The position numbers and the translations under genes were made by a program. This document shows positions 56,003 to 64,000 of a DNA stretch of 64,000 nucleotides, one piece after another. This DNA comes from a virus. Under the pieces are notes generated by a model. It had not been told where the DNA came from. It worked only from the letters and a program-made list of their open reading frames with translations, and made no database searches. Within the stretch, counting starts at the first letter, position 1. Each line of letters opens with the position of its first letter. The stretch lies in the IMG/VR virus record IMGVR_UViG_3300024336_000001, positions 24,850 through 88,849 of that record; one strand, written 5' to 3'.

Positions 56003-56484
56003 TCTCCTTTCGAGTTAGATATTTTTTTGTTTCTTATTGCATACGAAACTGTTTTCAAAACCCCAGAAGCTACCAAGAGAATTTTTCTGAAATTCTCATC
56101 CAATAACTTTTTAAGATCTTCGTTTTCATCTGGCACAAGAACCTCTACAGCATTCAAGATATTATGAGCAAAAAAAGCTAACCGCTCAGAGTCTTTTCCA
56201 ACCTTCGCCCAGCCCTGCTCATCTTCAGCTATCTCTCCAAAAACAAAGCCCCGCACTTCTTTTGATGTGTTTTTAAGATGCCCTGAAATTATTCCAAAAT
56301 ATTTCTTGAAATAGGCATCCCTCAACGCAATCAATCTTGCGTCTGCATCGTCTGGAATGATCTGGTCCATATCTCTTGCAAGATTAAGCATTTGAAAGCC
56401 CAGCTTTTCACAGTCTGATGCTAACTCAACACAAATCTTTACAGGGATTTTTCCCTTACCTGGTATCTCAATTTTTCTAGCCAT
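55999..56484 (-). CDS. Hypothetical protein in head-tail region
   Basis: AGGAG RBS; operonic. Confidence 0.7.
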   Translation of the reverse strand: MARKIEIPGKGKIPVKICVELASDCEKLGFQMLNLARDMDQIIPDDADARLIALRDAYFKKYFGIISGHLKNTSKEVRGFVFGEIAEDEQGWAKVGKDSERLAFFAHNILNAVEVLVPDENEDLKKLLDENFRKILLVASGVLKTVSYAIRNKKISNSKGE

Positions 56485-56502
56485 AAAAATTCTCCTTTTG
56501 TC

Positions 56503-56859
56503 TTATTTTTTCTTTTTTTCTTTCTTAGAAACTTTTCTTGATTCCTCTTCAGCCTCTTCAGTTAATTCTTCAGAGCTATCAACCTCAGAAACTTCATTTT
56601 CTTCAGAAACCGACTCTTCATCAGATACCGGTTCTGCGACCTCAATAGGTTCGCTCTCCATTTTTTCAGGAGCCACTTGCTTTTCTTCTTGCCCCACATA
56701 TTTTATGTGGCCAAGATCAATGTTCTTTTTCACATCGTCTCGTTTCAGCTCTTCTTCAGTAACTAAAAACACTTTGTTCATCTTTCGAAAAATGCCTTTA
56801 ACTATGATTCCTGTGCTACACGAGCAGATGTATTTACCCGTTTTATATTTATTGCTCAT
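56503..56859 (-). CDS. Small protein with acidic tail
   Basis: GGAGG RBS; E-rich C-terminus. Confidence 0.7.
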   Translation of the reverse strand: MSNKYKTGKYICSCSTGIIVKGIFRKMNKVFLVTEEELKRDDVKKNIDLGHIKYVGQEEKQVAPEKMESEPIEVAEPVSDEESVSEENEVSEVDSSEELTEEAEEESRKVSKKEKKKK

Positions 56860-56871
56860 TATGACAACCTC

Positions 56872-57327
56872 CTATCCATTGGTTTGAGCCTCTAAAACTG
56901 TTGTCTCAAGTCTATTCGCCCGGTTTAAATAGTTATCAAACTCGTTCGTAGACCGGACAACTATAGCCGTTCCGCCAGACTCTATTTCCATTATTCGCTT
57001 CCGTAGATCCTGCCTTTGCTCTTCTAGTCCTGGCATCCCTTCAATAAATTTTGATAAAGATGCTGTCCTATAAGAAAAAGAGTCCTCCGGTAACAAAATT
57101 GATAGAGCTGTCTTTAAAATGAGTAATTTCTTTTGTTCTTTGGTTAAGCTTGGCTGTATCTCTTTGTTCCCAGAAGATTCAACAACAGAAAACTCACCAT
57201 CAAAATCAAATTGAATGATGTACTCAATGGCTAAATTAAGATCCAAATTGGGCAAAACGTTTTCATCGTCTTGCCTCATTATCTGGTATCGAATAAAGCT
57301 ATAAAGATCCTTTAAAGGTGTGCTCAT
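56872..57327 (-). CDS. Head-tail adaptor-like protein
   Basis: Helical, ~150 aa, downstream of capsid. Confidence 0.5.
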   Translation of the reverse strand: MSTPLKDLYSFIRYQIMRQDDENVLPNLDLNLAIEYIIQFDFDGEFSVVESSGNKEIQPSLTKEQKKLLILKTALSILLPEDSFSYRTASLSKFIEGMPGLEEQRQDLRKRIMEIESGGTAIVVRSTNEFDNYLNRANRLETTVLEAQTNG

Positions 57328-57875
57328 CTACTCTTTTTGTCTCCGTGCTGTTTAGCTGGGTTTCCCGACAAAGTTGGTTGAGAATCACGTTTTTCAGCCC
57401 CCTTGGACTTTTCCTGAAGAGGTGGGGTTATTCCCCCTATCTGGTCTTCGGGTTCAACCTTTGGAGGTTCCGGGGACTTCTCTTCTTTTGCTGGCTCTGC
57501 TTCTTTTTCAGGTTCTTGTGCTGCTGGTTCAGTGGGTTCCTCTTTTGGAGGCTCTGGCACATCTTCCTCTTTTGCTGGTTCTGGTTCCGCTTCCTTCTCT
57601 GGCTCTGGAGCTACCGGTTCAGGATCTTCAGTTTTTGGGGGTTCCTGATCCTTTTCTCCCTTGTCCTTGCCTGTGTCCTTTTCAGCGTTAGGTTTACTTG
57701 CTTTTTTGGATTCTGCAAACGCTCCCTCAGCTTTAAAATGCTCATATGCCTGCTTAACTTGCGGGTCATCTAGGTTAAGCGTATATTCACGCCCAAAATA
57801 AATAACCTGCTTGCCAATACCAGGAGCACCATCTTTATAATTTTTCTTTAATCTCACTTTGATTAAGTTAGCCAT
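57324..57875 (-). CDS. Pro/Glu-rich low-complexity protein after capsid gene
   Basis: AGGAG RBS; repeated EPEKEAEP..AKEE. Confidence 0.7.
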   Translation of the reverse strand: MANLIKVRLKKNYKDGAPGIGKQVIYFGREYTLNLDDPQVKQAYEHFKAEGAFAESKKASKPNAEKDTGKDKGEKDQEPPKTEDPEPVAPEPEKEAEPEPAKEEDVPEPPKEEPTEPAAQEPEKEAEPAKEEKSPEPPKVEPEDQIGGITPPLQEKSKGAEKRDSQPTLSGNPAKQHGDKKSR

Positions 57876-57899
57876 GTTATTTCTCCTTTTTATCTGTCA

Positions 57900-59051
57900 T
57901 TAATTGATCTTTACTCTTAATGAATTAAGCTTCCAAGGCGAAGGTATAATTGGTACAACCACCTTAGATATTTGGATCCCCTCGTGATTTTGAATGCTAT
58001 TTCTAGCTTCAAGATCATCTTCCGAATAACGCTTAACACGATCAAACTCAGGCTTCATATACAACCTTCCAAAAGGACGGTCAGTAGAAACCCTTACATA
58101 GGTGTTTGCAAATGTGTTGGTTATTCTTAGTCGGAATGTATGCCCAAAAAGGTTGCCTATAATTCCTTTTGTTTGGATCTCGTTTTCTATTGCTTGAGAA
58201 ACTTGCTGACCTGGCTGGATAGTTCCGCCAGTAAAGCCAGAAACTACAGATCCAATACTCCAAAGGTTTTCAAGCTCTGTAGATGGAATCCAAATAGTTC
58301 TAACTTTGGGTCCGCTATCGCCCATATTGGCGTAATGCTGGAATATCTTTTTAAACATATTCAGATTTACACCTGGGGTTGCAGAAAGATTCAAAGCGTT
58401 TCCTGCCGGGTATGCACCCGCATTCGCAATCTTAGGATCTAGGTCATAAATCGTTTCTGGCGCACCAAATGTTGTTTCATAGTTAGCGTCCATCAACGTA
58501 AATAGATCATCGTCCATTTTACGATCCCAATCGTGAGCAACACGGTTATTAACTCGCTCTGCAACTTCAACAAATCGTCCTATAATTGGAGACATGATTG
58601 GATACGTTGCAACGTCACTCTTTAAGATATAAGGAATGAATTGAGATAATGTGTCTAAGTTTTGGAATTGATCGTATGGCGCACCGCCATGCATACCAAT
58701 CTGACTCGTAACCCATCTTTGATCTCTTTGTAAAACAAGCTGCGGAATTTCATCGTGAGCCAATTCAGTAACTTCAAAGAAATCCATCCCTATAAGGGCC
58801 TCTAAAACATTTAGCTTGATCCTGTCTATTCTGGCTGACGCTATTTCGTTTTTCTGAGATTCAGTCCCAGAAAAAACAAGCCCCGCCACTTCTTTTTTAA
58901 CAGTCTCGTCCATTGCAGGAAGAGCCGCTATTTCTTGTTGTTTACTCTTAACGAGTTCTGCGTTTTGCGACAAAACCGATCCTGGATCAAAGTTTTTTCT
59001 GTACTCTGATCCAGGATACCCTTTCACTAATGGTAATTTTTTTAAACTCAT
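57900..59051 (-). CDS. Major capsid protein (HK97-fold expected)
   Basis: 383 aa, GGAGGTG RBS, canonical position after protease/scaffold and decoration gene. Confidence 0.75.
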   Translation of the reverse strand: MSLKKLPLVKGYPGSEYRKNFDPGSVLSQNAELVKSKQQEIAALPAMDETVKKEVAGLVFSGTESQKNEIASARIDRIKLNVLEALIGMDFFEVTELAHDEIPQLVLQRDQRWVTSQIGMHGGAPYDQFQNLDTLSQFIPYILKSDVATYPIMSPIIGRFVEVAERVNNRVAHDWDRKMDDDLFTLMDANYETTFGAPETIYDLDPKIANAGAYPAGNALNLSATPGVNLNMFKKIFQHYANMGDSGPKVRTIWIPSTELENLWSIGSVVSGFTGGTIQPGQQVSQAIENEIQTKGIIGNLFGHTFRLRITNTFANTYVRVSTDRPFGRLYMKPEFDRVKRYSEDDLEARNSIQNHEGIQISKVVVPIIPSPWKLNSLRVKIN

Positions 59052-59081
59052 CTTGTAACACCTCCTGTTAATTTAGTTTTG

Positions 59082-59534
59082 TTATGGCGTAACTACGGCA
59101 GTTCGTAGAACTTCGATTCGATAATCACCTGTAACACCATTAAAATCTTTTTCTAGTAAACGACCGATAACCTTATCGCCCGCTATAGCTACACGCCATT
59201 TGCCAGCGTTAATGCCTAGATCAGCATTAATCGCAGCAGCAGCAAGACCAGCATCAGCTTGACCAGTAACGATCTCACCTTCTCCGCTTCTTACTGTGAC
59301 ACGCTGTCCAATAGGAACTTCGTCAACAGGAATTCCCGCATTTTGTATCTCAAAAGCCGGTCCTGTAACTGTTACCTCTTGAAGCAAAAAACCAATGGTT
59401 CCATTACCACCAGCTTCAATAATTGTTGGATCAGCAGCTTTTTCTTGAACCGCCAATCCCTTTTCTAACGCAGCGTCAGTGTTGTAACTTCTCGCTTCTG
59501 TTAGTCCTCTCAATACTCTTAATTTAGTTGTCAT
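59082..59534 (-). CDS. Head decoration/cement protein
   Basis: 150 aa, Gly/Ala-rich; IGFLLQEV, VIGRLLE; between scaffold and capsid. Confidence 0.7.
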   Translation of the reverse strand: MTTKLRVLRGLTEARSYNTDAALEKGLAVQEKAADPTIIEAGGNGTIGFLLQEVTVTGPAFEIQNAGIPVDEVPIGQRVTVRSGEGEIVTGQADAGLAAAAINADLGINAGKWRVAIAGDKVIGRLLEKDFNGVTGDYRIEVLRTAVVTP

Positions 59535-59563
59535 TTAAAACACCTCCTCGTGTTATGTATTAA

Positions 59564-60169
59564 TTACTTAAACATTGATGCTAATACGGGCTTTTCTGTG
59601 CCTTCTGTATCGGTTGCGCCATTTGTGTTTAAAGTGGAGCCAATAGAGGCTGTTTCATTGCCTTTGTTGTCTTTTGTTTTATCTGTCTTATCGTCTTTTT
59701 TATCTTTAGAAGAAAGGCTTGCAACCTCTTTTAATTCTTCTAAATAAGAGGCAAACTCTTTGTTGCCTTCATCATCAAAAGAAAAAGTTTTAATCTTTTC
59801 TTTTCGTGAATCAGTCAAAGGTATCTTTGCGTCTGCAACTTGCTTTTCTCTGTCTACTACTGATGATTGCTCTGTTTCCCAGGCTTTTCTTGCCTTTGGC
59901 ACTTCCGATGCAATAGCCGTATCCACAGCCGTTTTGATAGCTGACTCGTGATCGGCTTTCTTAACAAATCCTTCACCAAACTTTTTCTCCGCTTCTGATG
60001 CGATTTCCTGAACTTTCGATTGAAGTTCGGCTTTAATGCCTTCGATAACGTTCTTAGCCTTTGAAGCTTCCAGGCCAGATGCCTCAATAACGCTTTGCAA
60101 TGCTGGAGAAAGGCTGGCTAATTGTGCCTTGAACTCCTCCATCAATTTCTTTTTTTGTTCTTCTGTCAT
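59564..60169 (-). CDS. Nested in-frame scaffolding protein (201 aa)
   Basis: Internal GGAGGTG-8nt-ATG (MTEEQKKK); coiled-coil, charged. Confidence 0.72.
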   Translation of the reverse strand: MTEEQKKKLMEEFKAQLASLSPALQSVIEASGLEASKAKNVIEGIKAELQSKVQEIASEAEKKFGEGFVKKADHESAIKTAVDTAIASEVPKARKAWETEQSSVVDREKQVADAKIPLTDSRKEKIKTFSFDDEGNKEFASYLEELKEVASLSSKDKKDDKTDKTKDNKGNETASIGSTLNTNGATDTEGTEKPVLASMFK

Positions 60170-60988
60170 TTCAGAATCACCTCCATTAATATTTGATTTT
60201 TCTTTGTCTTGGTCATTAACTGACGCTTTTTCTTTTTTTGGCTCCTTCTCTGCTGTTGAAAGAAATACAAATTTCTTTTTCTCAATAGATGCTGTCTCAA
60301 GTTCAATCTCTGGGTTTCGTCTGTCTGCGGGCGTTAAAGTTAGTCCCGCACCCCAATAATCAACAAAACCGTCACGTCCTCCCAACACGTAAACAACTCT
60401 TTCTCCATCTAAGGATCCGGTACTAGATGGGCCGATTTTTTCTATCAATTCTTCGGATGCTTCCGATATTGGAATGAACCTATCTCCCAGCAATATTTCA
60501 TCTTCTGAACGATTGCTGATTTCAAAAGATGCCTTCCAGCTCGCAAAGCCGGTCTGTACATCTTCGATGATCTTTCTTGCTTGATCGATCCGGTTCCATA
60601 AAACAGCCCAAACGACCGTAGGCACGGCCTTATCTGGTATGATTGGATTTCCAGGGATATCTTCTATTTGTGCTCCGACCATAACCCCCAAAATAAGATC
60701 TTCGTCCGAAAATCCGGGGTTTGAGGACATCAAATGCTCCATGTTCAATGGGTTCAGCTTAACGCTTGATATGGAATTTTTTTGGGTTCTATAAGTGACT
60801 GCTCTACCTTTAGCATTAACCGCCGGAAGCGTGTGTACTAAGGTAAATTTGGCTATGGTTTGGTTCTCGTTTGGCTCAATATTAAAAGGTAGAGCCGGTA
60901 AACTGGCTATTTCTTTTGGCTGATATAATCTAAGTTTTTCTACTTTCCAATCAAGCGTGATTGTGTCTTGCTTGAGTTTAGTAGGAAT
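59564..60988 (-). CDS. Prohead protease-scaffold fusion, probably ATT-initiated (474 aa)
   Basis: Frame open 80 codons upstream of track start; GGAGGTG 7 nt before ATT 60988; VNAKG...PLNMEH and KASFE protease-like motifs. Confidence 0.72.
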   Translation of the reverse strand: MPTKLKQDTITLDWKVEKLRLYQPKEIASLPALPFNIEPNENQTIAKFTLVHTLPAVNAKGRAVTYRTQKNSISSVKLNPLNMEHLMSSNPGFSDEDLILGVMVGAQIEDIPGNPIIPDKAVPTVVWAVLWNRIDQARKIIEDVQTGFASWKASFEISNRSEDEILLGDRFIPISEASEELIEKIGPSSTGSLDGERVVYVLGGRDGFVDYWGAGLTLTPADRRNPEIELETASIEKKKFVFLSTAEKEPKKEKASVNDQDKEKSNINGGDSEMTEEQKKKLMEEFKAQLASLSPALQSVIEASGLEASKAKNVIEGIKAELQSKVQEIASEAEKKFGEGFVKKADHESAIKTAVDTAIASEVPKARKAWETEQSSVVDREKQVADAKIPLTDSRKEKIKTFSFDDEGNKEFASYLEELKEVASLSSKDKKDDKTDKTKDNKGNETASIGSTLNTNGATDTEGTEKPVLASMFK

Positions 60989-61094
60989 GTTAATTCACCT
61001 CCCTCTCTGCCATAATAAATATCTTTTTTCAGCATATTTAAAACTATAGCAACTTAGGGAAAGGAAAATAATTTAGTTTTTGGTATAGGATAAT

Positions 61095-61784
61095 TTATAT
61101 GGTATTTGCTCTGTATACTTCGAAATTCACAACCGCTTTAAAGCTTTTTGCTGCCTCTTGATCGGACTTAGCCCCATCTGAGTTGCCGATTGTAATTTTT
61201 ATTTTTGCCAGATTCGGAAACGTCCCTCTGCCCTCTGTGTTTAATGGAATAGGAACCGTTCCCAACAGATTATAATATTTTGAGTATCTTCCAATCACAG
61301 CATCTTGACTATCAAGGTATTCAATATGTGCGTAAGCACCTATTGGTGCTTCTGTACAAATAATAAAAACGTCCTTTATATCAACCGATTCATTAAAAGA
61401 TATTTCTTTATCCTTGGTTGGATCTGATGCCGTCATATTAAAAAGTAACCTAACCCCTTCACCAATACCGTTTTCAGAATGATCTCCCGCCCCTGAAAAA
61501 TAAGTTTCGCTCCCATCTTTTCGTGTAGACGAATAAACCATTTGCCTTGAATCATCTGACCTGTGCTCCAGGGCTGGTTTGTTTATATCTATATCAGATT
61601 TAAAGTTGTCATAAAAATCTTTGCAATCCGTTCCTTCTGTTGCATATTCAGACTTCAAAAAGCTTGTAAACCAGCTTCGAATACCATCTATTTTATATGG
61701 CTCGTATTCTTTGCCGTCTTCGTTGTAATCTAAAACACCTGGCTTTTCTTTTAAATCGATCCATTCAACCCATTTTGCTTTCAT
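61095..61784 (-). CDS. Hypothetical virion-region protein
   Basis: Coupled operonic ORF. Confidence 0.7.
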   Translation of the reverse strand: MKAKWVEWIDLKEKPGVLDYNEDGKEYEPYKIDGIRSWFTSFLKSEYATEGTDCKDFYDNFKSDIDINKPALEHRSDDSRQMVYSSTRKDGSETYFSGAGDHSENGIGEGVRLLFNMTASDPTKDKEISFNESVDIKDVFIICTEAPIGAYAHIEYLDSQDAVIGRYSKYYNLLGTVPIPLNTEGRGTFPNLAKIKITIGNSDGAKSDQEAAKSFKAVVNFEVYRANTI

Positions 61785-62401
61785 TAGCCTTCCTCTCTCG
61801 ACACATAACGCTCTTCTCGCAACATAATTAAACTAGCCAATATTTTTTTTGATTTTGATTCGTTGTTATATGCCTTTACAACTAGGCTGCTACAAAAGTC
61901 AGCAGGCGTTAAAAAAGCATTTATAAATTGCTTTTTATCTGCGCCAACTCCAATAAAAAAACCATTCTCTTCATGCCTCTCTTTTAATTTATATTCGTCC
62001 TTTAAATCTTTAAGGTTCAGCTTATACACCTGGATTTCGTCTACTACCAGCTCTATATCAAATGTATCCTTTTCAACCCTAACCATAATAAACTCAACTT
62101 GCCCCGGAGAAATACCAAACTCGCCAGTGTCCAATATGGTATAAGAACCACCATTGCCAGTAACGAGTCTGTCCGTCTTGTCAGCAAAAACCCTCGGTCC
62201 AAATCTGGGCATATCCGTAATAACAGTATCCCCAACAACATCTACCTTTAACCGCTGATTTTTTAATTCGAAAGGAAGGAAGATCCCGCTCGTCTCATCT
62301 TTAGCAAAGTTAGCCGCCATCGTTGGAAGATAACCGCTAATATTATCTAAATTAGCCGGGATATTTTCTTCTCCCACAACTTGAGCAACAACAAATGGCA
62401 T
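61784..62401 (-). CDS. Hypothetical virion-region protein
   Basis: Coupled operonic ORF. Confidence 0.7.
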   Translation of the reverse strand: MPFVVAQVVGEENIPANLDNISGYLPTMAANFAKDETSGIFLPFELKNQRLKVDVVGDTVITDMPRFGPRVFADKTDRLVTGNGGSYTILDTGEFGISPGQVEFIMVRVEKDTFDIELVVDEIQVYKLNLKDLKDEYKLKERHEENGFFIGVGADKKQFINAFLTPADFCSSLVVKAYNNESKSKKILASLIMLREERYVSREEG

Positions 62402-62725
62402 TTAAGTCACCGCCCTTGCAATATTTTGTACCCGGCTTCCCTGATAAGTTAATGTGTCCGTAACTGTTTTTGTCATAGTGTTGTCATCCGGGTTATGTAT
62501 TACCGTAGATATTTGGGATACTTTTCCTTGGCTATAGGTCATTGCCTGGCTATACAAAGTTACCGCCTTAGATGAGTCCTTATACCCAACCAAGCTTGTA
62601 AGCTTCGAGCCAGAGTAAACCATCTCCTCATAGACATCCTGATCCGTCACTCCCAAATTTGTTTCAAAGTTCGTTGAGAACTCTTTTTTTGATTGATCGG
62701 ATTGTAGTTTGGTTTTAAAGGTCAT
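62402..62725 (-). CDS. Small beta-hairpin repeat protein
   Basis: YSGSKLT / YSQGKVS / YQGSRVQ repeats. Confidence 0.65.
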   Translation of the reverse strand: MTFKTKLQSDQSKKEFSTNFETNLGVTDQDVYEEMVYSGSKLTSLVGYKDSSKAVTLYSQAMTYSQGKVSQISTVIHNPDDNTMTKTVTDTLTYQGSRVQNIARAVT

Positions 62726-63072
62726 TATTTAGCCTTTTTTTTGCCTTTTTTCTTAGACTCTTCCTCAATAGGTGGTGTAATTTTTTCAATTATAGAAACG
62801 CCCTTTTTCTTTTTAACTTTAGGTTTTTGGTAATCCTCTTCAGCTTCTTGTAGTTCTTGTTTTCTCAACACAGCATCTTTTTCCAACATTGTGATGCTCT
62901 GGATATAGCGATCACTGTCATAATCGATTGCTCTTAAAATATCGTTTATCTCCCCTATCTGTCCCTGTAAACGATGGATCTCGTCTTGATGTTTCAGCCT
63001 TCGTTTATGAAGCCTTTGCCTAAAGGCGGTCATATACTCTGGCGATCTTGGGTCTAAAATTTGTTCTGTCAT
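62725..63072 (-). CDS. Coiled-coil basic protein
   Basis: AGGAG RBS before ATG 63072. Confidence 0.65.
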   Translation of the reverse strand: MTEQILDPRSPEYMTAFRQRLHKRRLKHQDEIHRLQGQIGEINDILRAIDYDSDRYIQSITMLEKDAVLRKQELQEAEEDYQKPKVKKKKGVSIIEKITPPIEEESKKKGKKKAK

Positions 63073-63123
63073 TATTTTTCTCCTTCTCAAAGTGGCCGGT
63101 TTTCCCGGCCACCTTCATTGTTC

Positions 63124-64000
63124 TTACGCTTTTCTAATTATGTATGTCAAAATAGCTGGTCTTGCTGCACTAGCTGTAACGTTTCCACGAAATGTTACTT
63201 GGGTTGTACTTGTTTCCTCGTAATCAACCTCATCTGTTGCTGTGTCTGGAGACAATAGCTGCCCATTCAAATACACATCCATATGCAAACCATTGTCGGC
63301 TGAATCTGGGGTGTATGTTTTTGAGCTAGGTAAAGTATGGGCTGTATTCTTTGGAATCAAAGAAGTAACCAACTCAACAATCTTCTCAACGTCTGTGTCA
63401 GACAGTTTTTCTGCTAAGTCTTCCAATGAATCCGTAATAGTATCTCCGTCATTAATGATGTTGTTTGCCAAGGTAGAATACTGCCGTGACCCAACTGCAT
63501 CATTTATGTCATTGATAGCTGTCTCAAGATTGTCTGGATCTGCATCAAGTGGATATGTTGCAGATGTGTTGGTCCAAGTTGGCCTTGTTTCCCCGTCTGA
63601 CCCGCCAGTAAATGATTGAAGATCATCGATGTCTTGCCCAACTTCAGCATCTTCATTTAGCCCTAGAATACGCTTCCTTCTGTTTACGTCTTCCGGTAAA
63701 TCGGTCAACGTGTAACGCTCGGCATAAACAACGTTGATTGTTGTAGGATCATCTGCTGTCCAAGCATACGGCGTTGCTGAAGCATCGTTTGTTCCGGTGA
63801 AAAACTTGATTTTGATGTTGGTTCCTTCTACGCCTTTAAAAATTCGGCCAAAAACAACAGCTCCATCGCCTCCCGCTTTTAGGACACTTCCGGTTTCTGG
63901 ATCTTTTAACTCAACTATGGTCGCCAAGTAATTTGTCTCGTCCAACTCTCCAGAGTCCGCCACAGGGACACCGGTTTTATCTATCGCATCTGCATATTGA
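63124..64000 (-). CDS. Acidic virion structural protein, 5'-truncated by window end
   Basis: Frame stays open to the window edge; DVYLNGQLL...DYEE motif. Confidence 0.7.
   Translation of the reverse strand, partial: QYADAIDKTGVPVADSGELDETNYLATIVELKDPETGSVLKAGGDGAVVFGRIFKGVEGTNIKIKFFTGTNDASATPYAWTADDPTTINVVYAERYTLTDLPEDVNRRKRILGLNEDAEVGQDIDDLQSFTGGSDGETRPTWTNTSATYPLDADPDNLETAINDINDAVGSRQYSTLANNIINDGDTITDSLEDLAEKLSDTDVEKIVELVTSLIPKNTAHTLPSSKTYTPDSADNGLHMDVYLNGQLLSPDTATDEVDYEETSTTQVTFRGNVTASAARPAILTYIIRKA

Larger units (their letters stand above)
1..64000. mobile_element. Tailed dsDNA phage/prophage segment (siphovirus-like), running off both window ends
   Basis: Continuous phage modules: small early ORFs, repressors, recombinase, replication block, convergent structural operon with capsid, tape measure and tail fibres; no sheath gene or host core gene recognised. 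Confidence 0.93.

Noticed and set aside
29625-63931. Numerous + strand ORFs overlapping structural genes
   Set aside because: Antisense shadows of long - strand genes with no RBS or motifs; only 47395..47724 occupies its own gap
1-64000. tRNA/rRNA genes, alternative genetic code, host assignment
   Set aside because: No cloverleaf seen in the short intergenic gaps; long ORFs are intact under code 11; nothing in the window identifies the host

Overview
The whole window looks like one tailed dsDNA phage or prophage segment, AT-rich, with no host housekeeping genes. Bases ~1-26,640 are mostly + strand: small early genes, three XRE regulators, HU/IHF, a tyrosine recombinase, and a replication block (SNF2 helicase, DnaG-MCM primase-helicase fusion, resolvase-like nuclease, PIF1-like helicase). 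Bases ~26,630-64,000 are a - strand morphogenesis operon: protease/scaffold, capsid, head-tail joining, tail tubes, chaperone, tape measure, hub, two very large tail fibres and lysis candidates. Terminase and portal are not in the window. The standout feature is a cassette at 5261-11039. A PLP alpha-oxoamine synthase (BioF/CqsA/LqsA superfamily) is followed 2 nt later by a histidine kinase with a duplicated 7TM sensor, and these converge on a receiver-only response regulator. This is a candidate phage-encoded small-molecule quorum-sensing system. An 18-bp palindrome (TGTTTGATGCATCAAACA and variants) brackets the cassette and recurs upstream of the integration and replication genes. Other read-outs are a 17-bp operator array, an ATT-initiated prohead protease with a nested scaffold start, a -1 frameshift in the tail chaperone, and apparently leaderless genes. 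All functional calls come from motif recognition by eye; no database searches were run.
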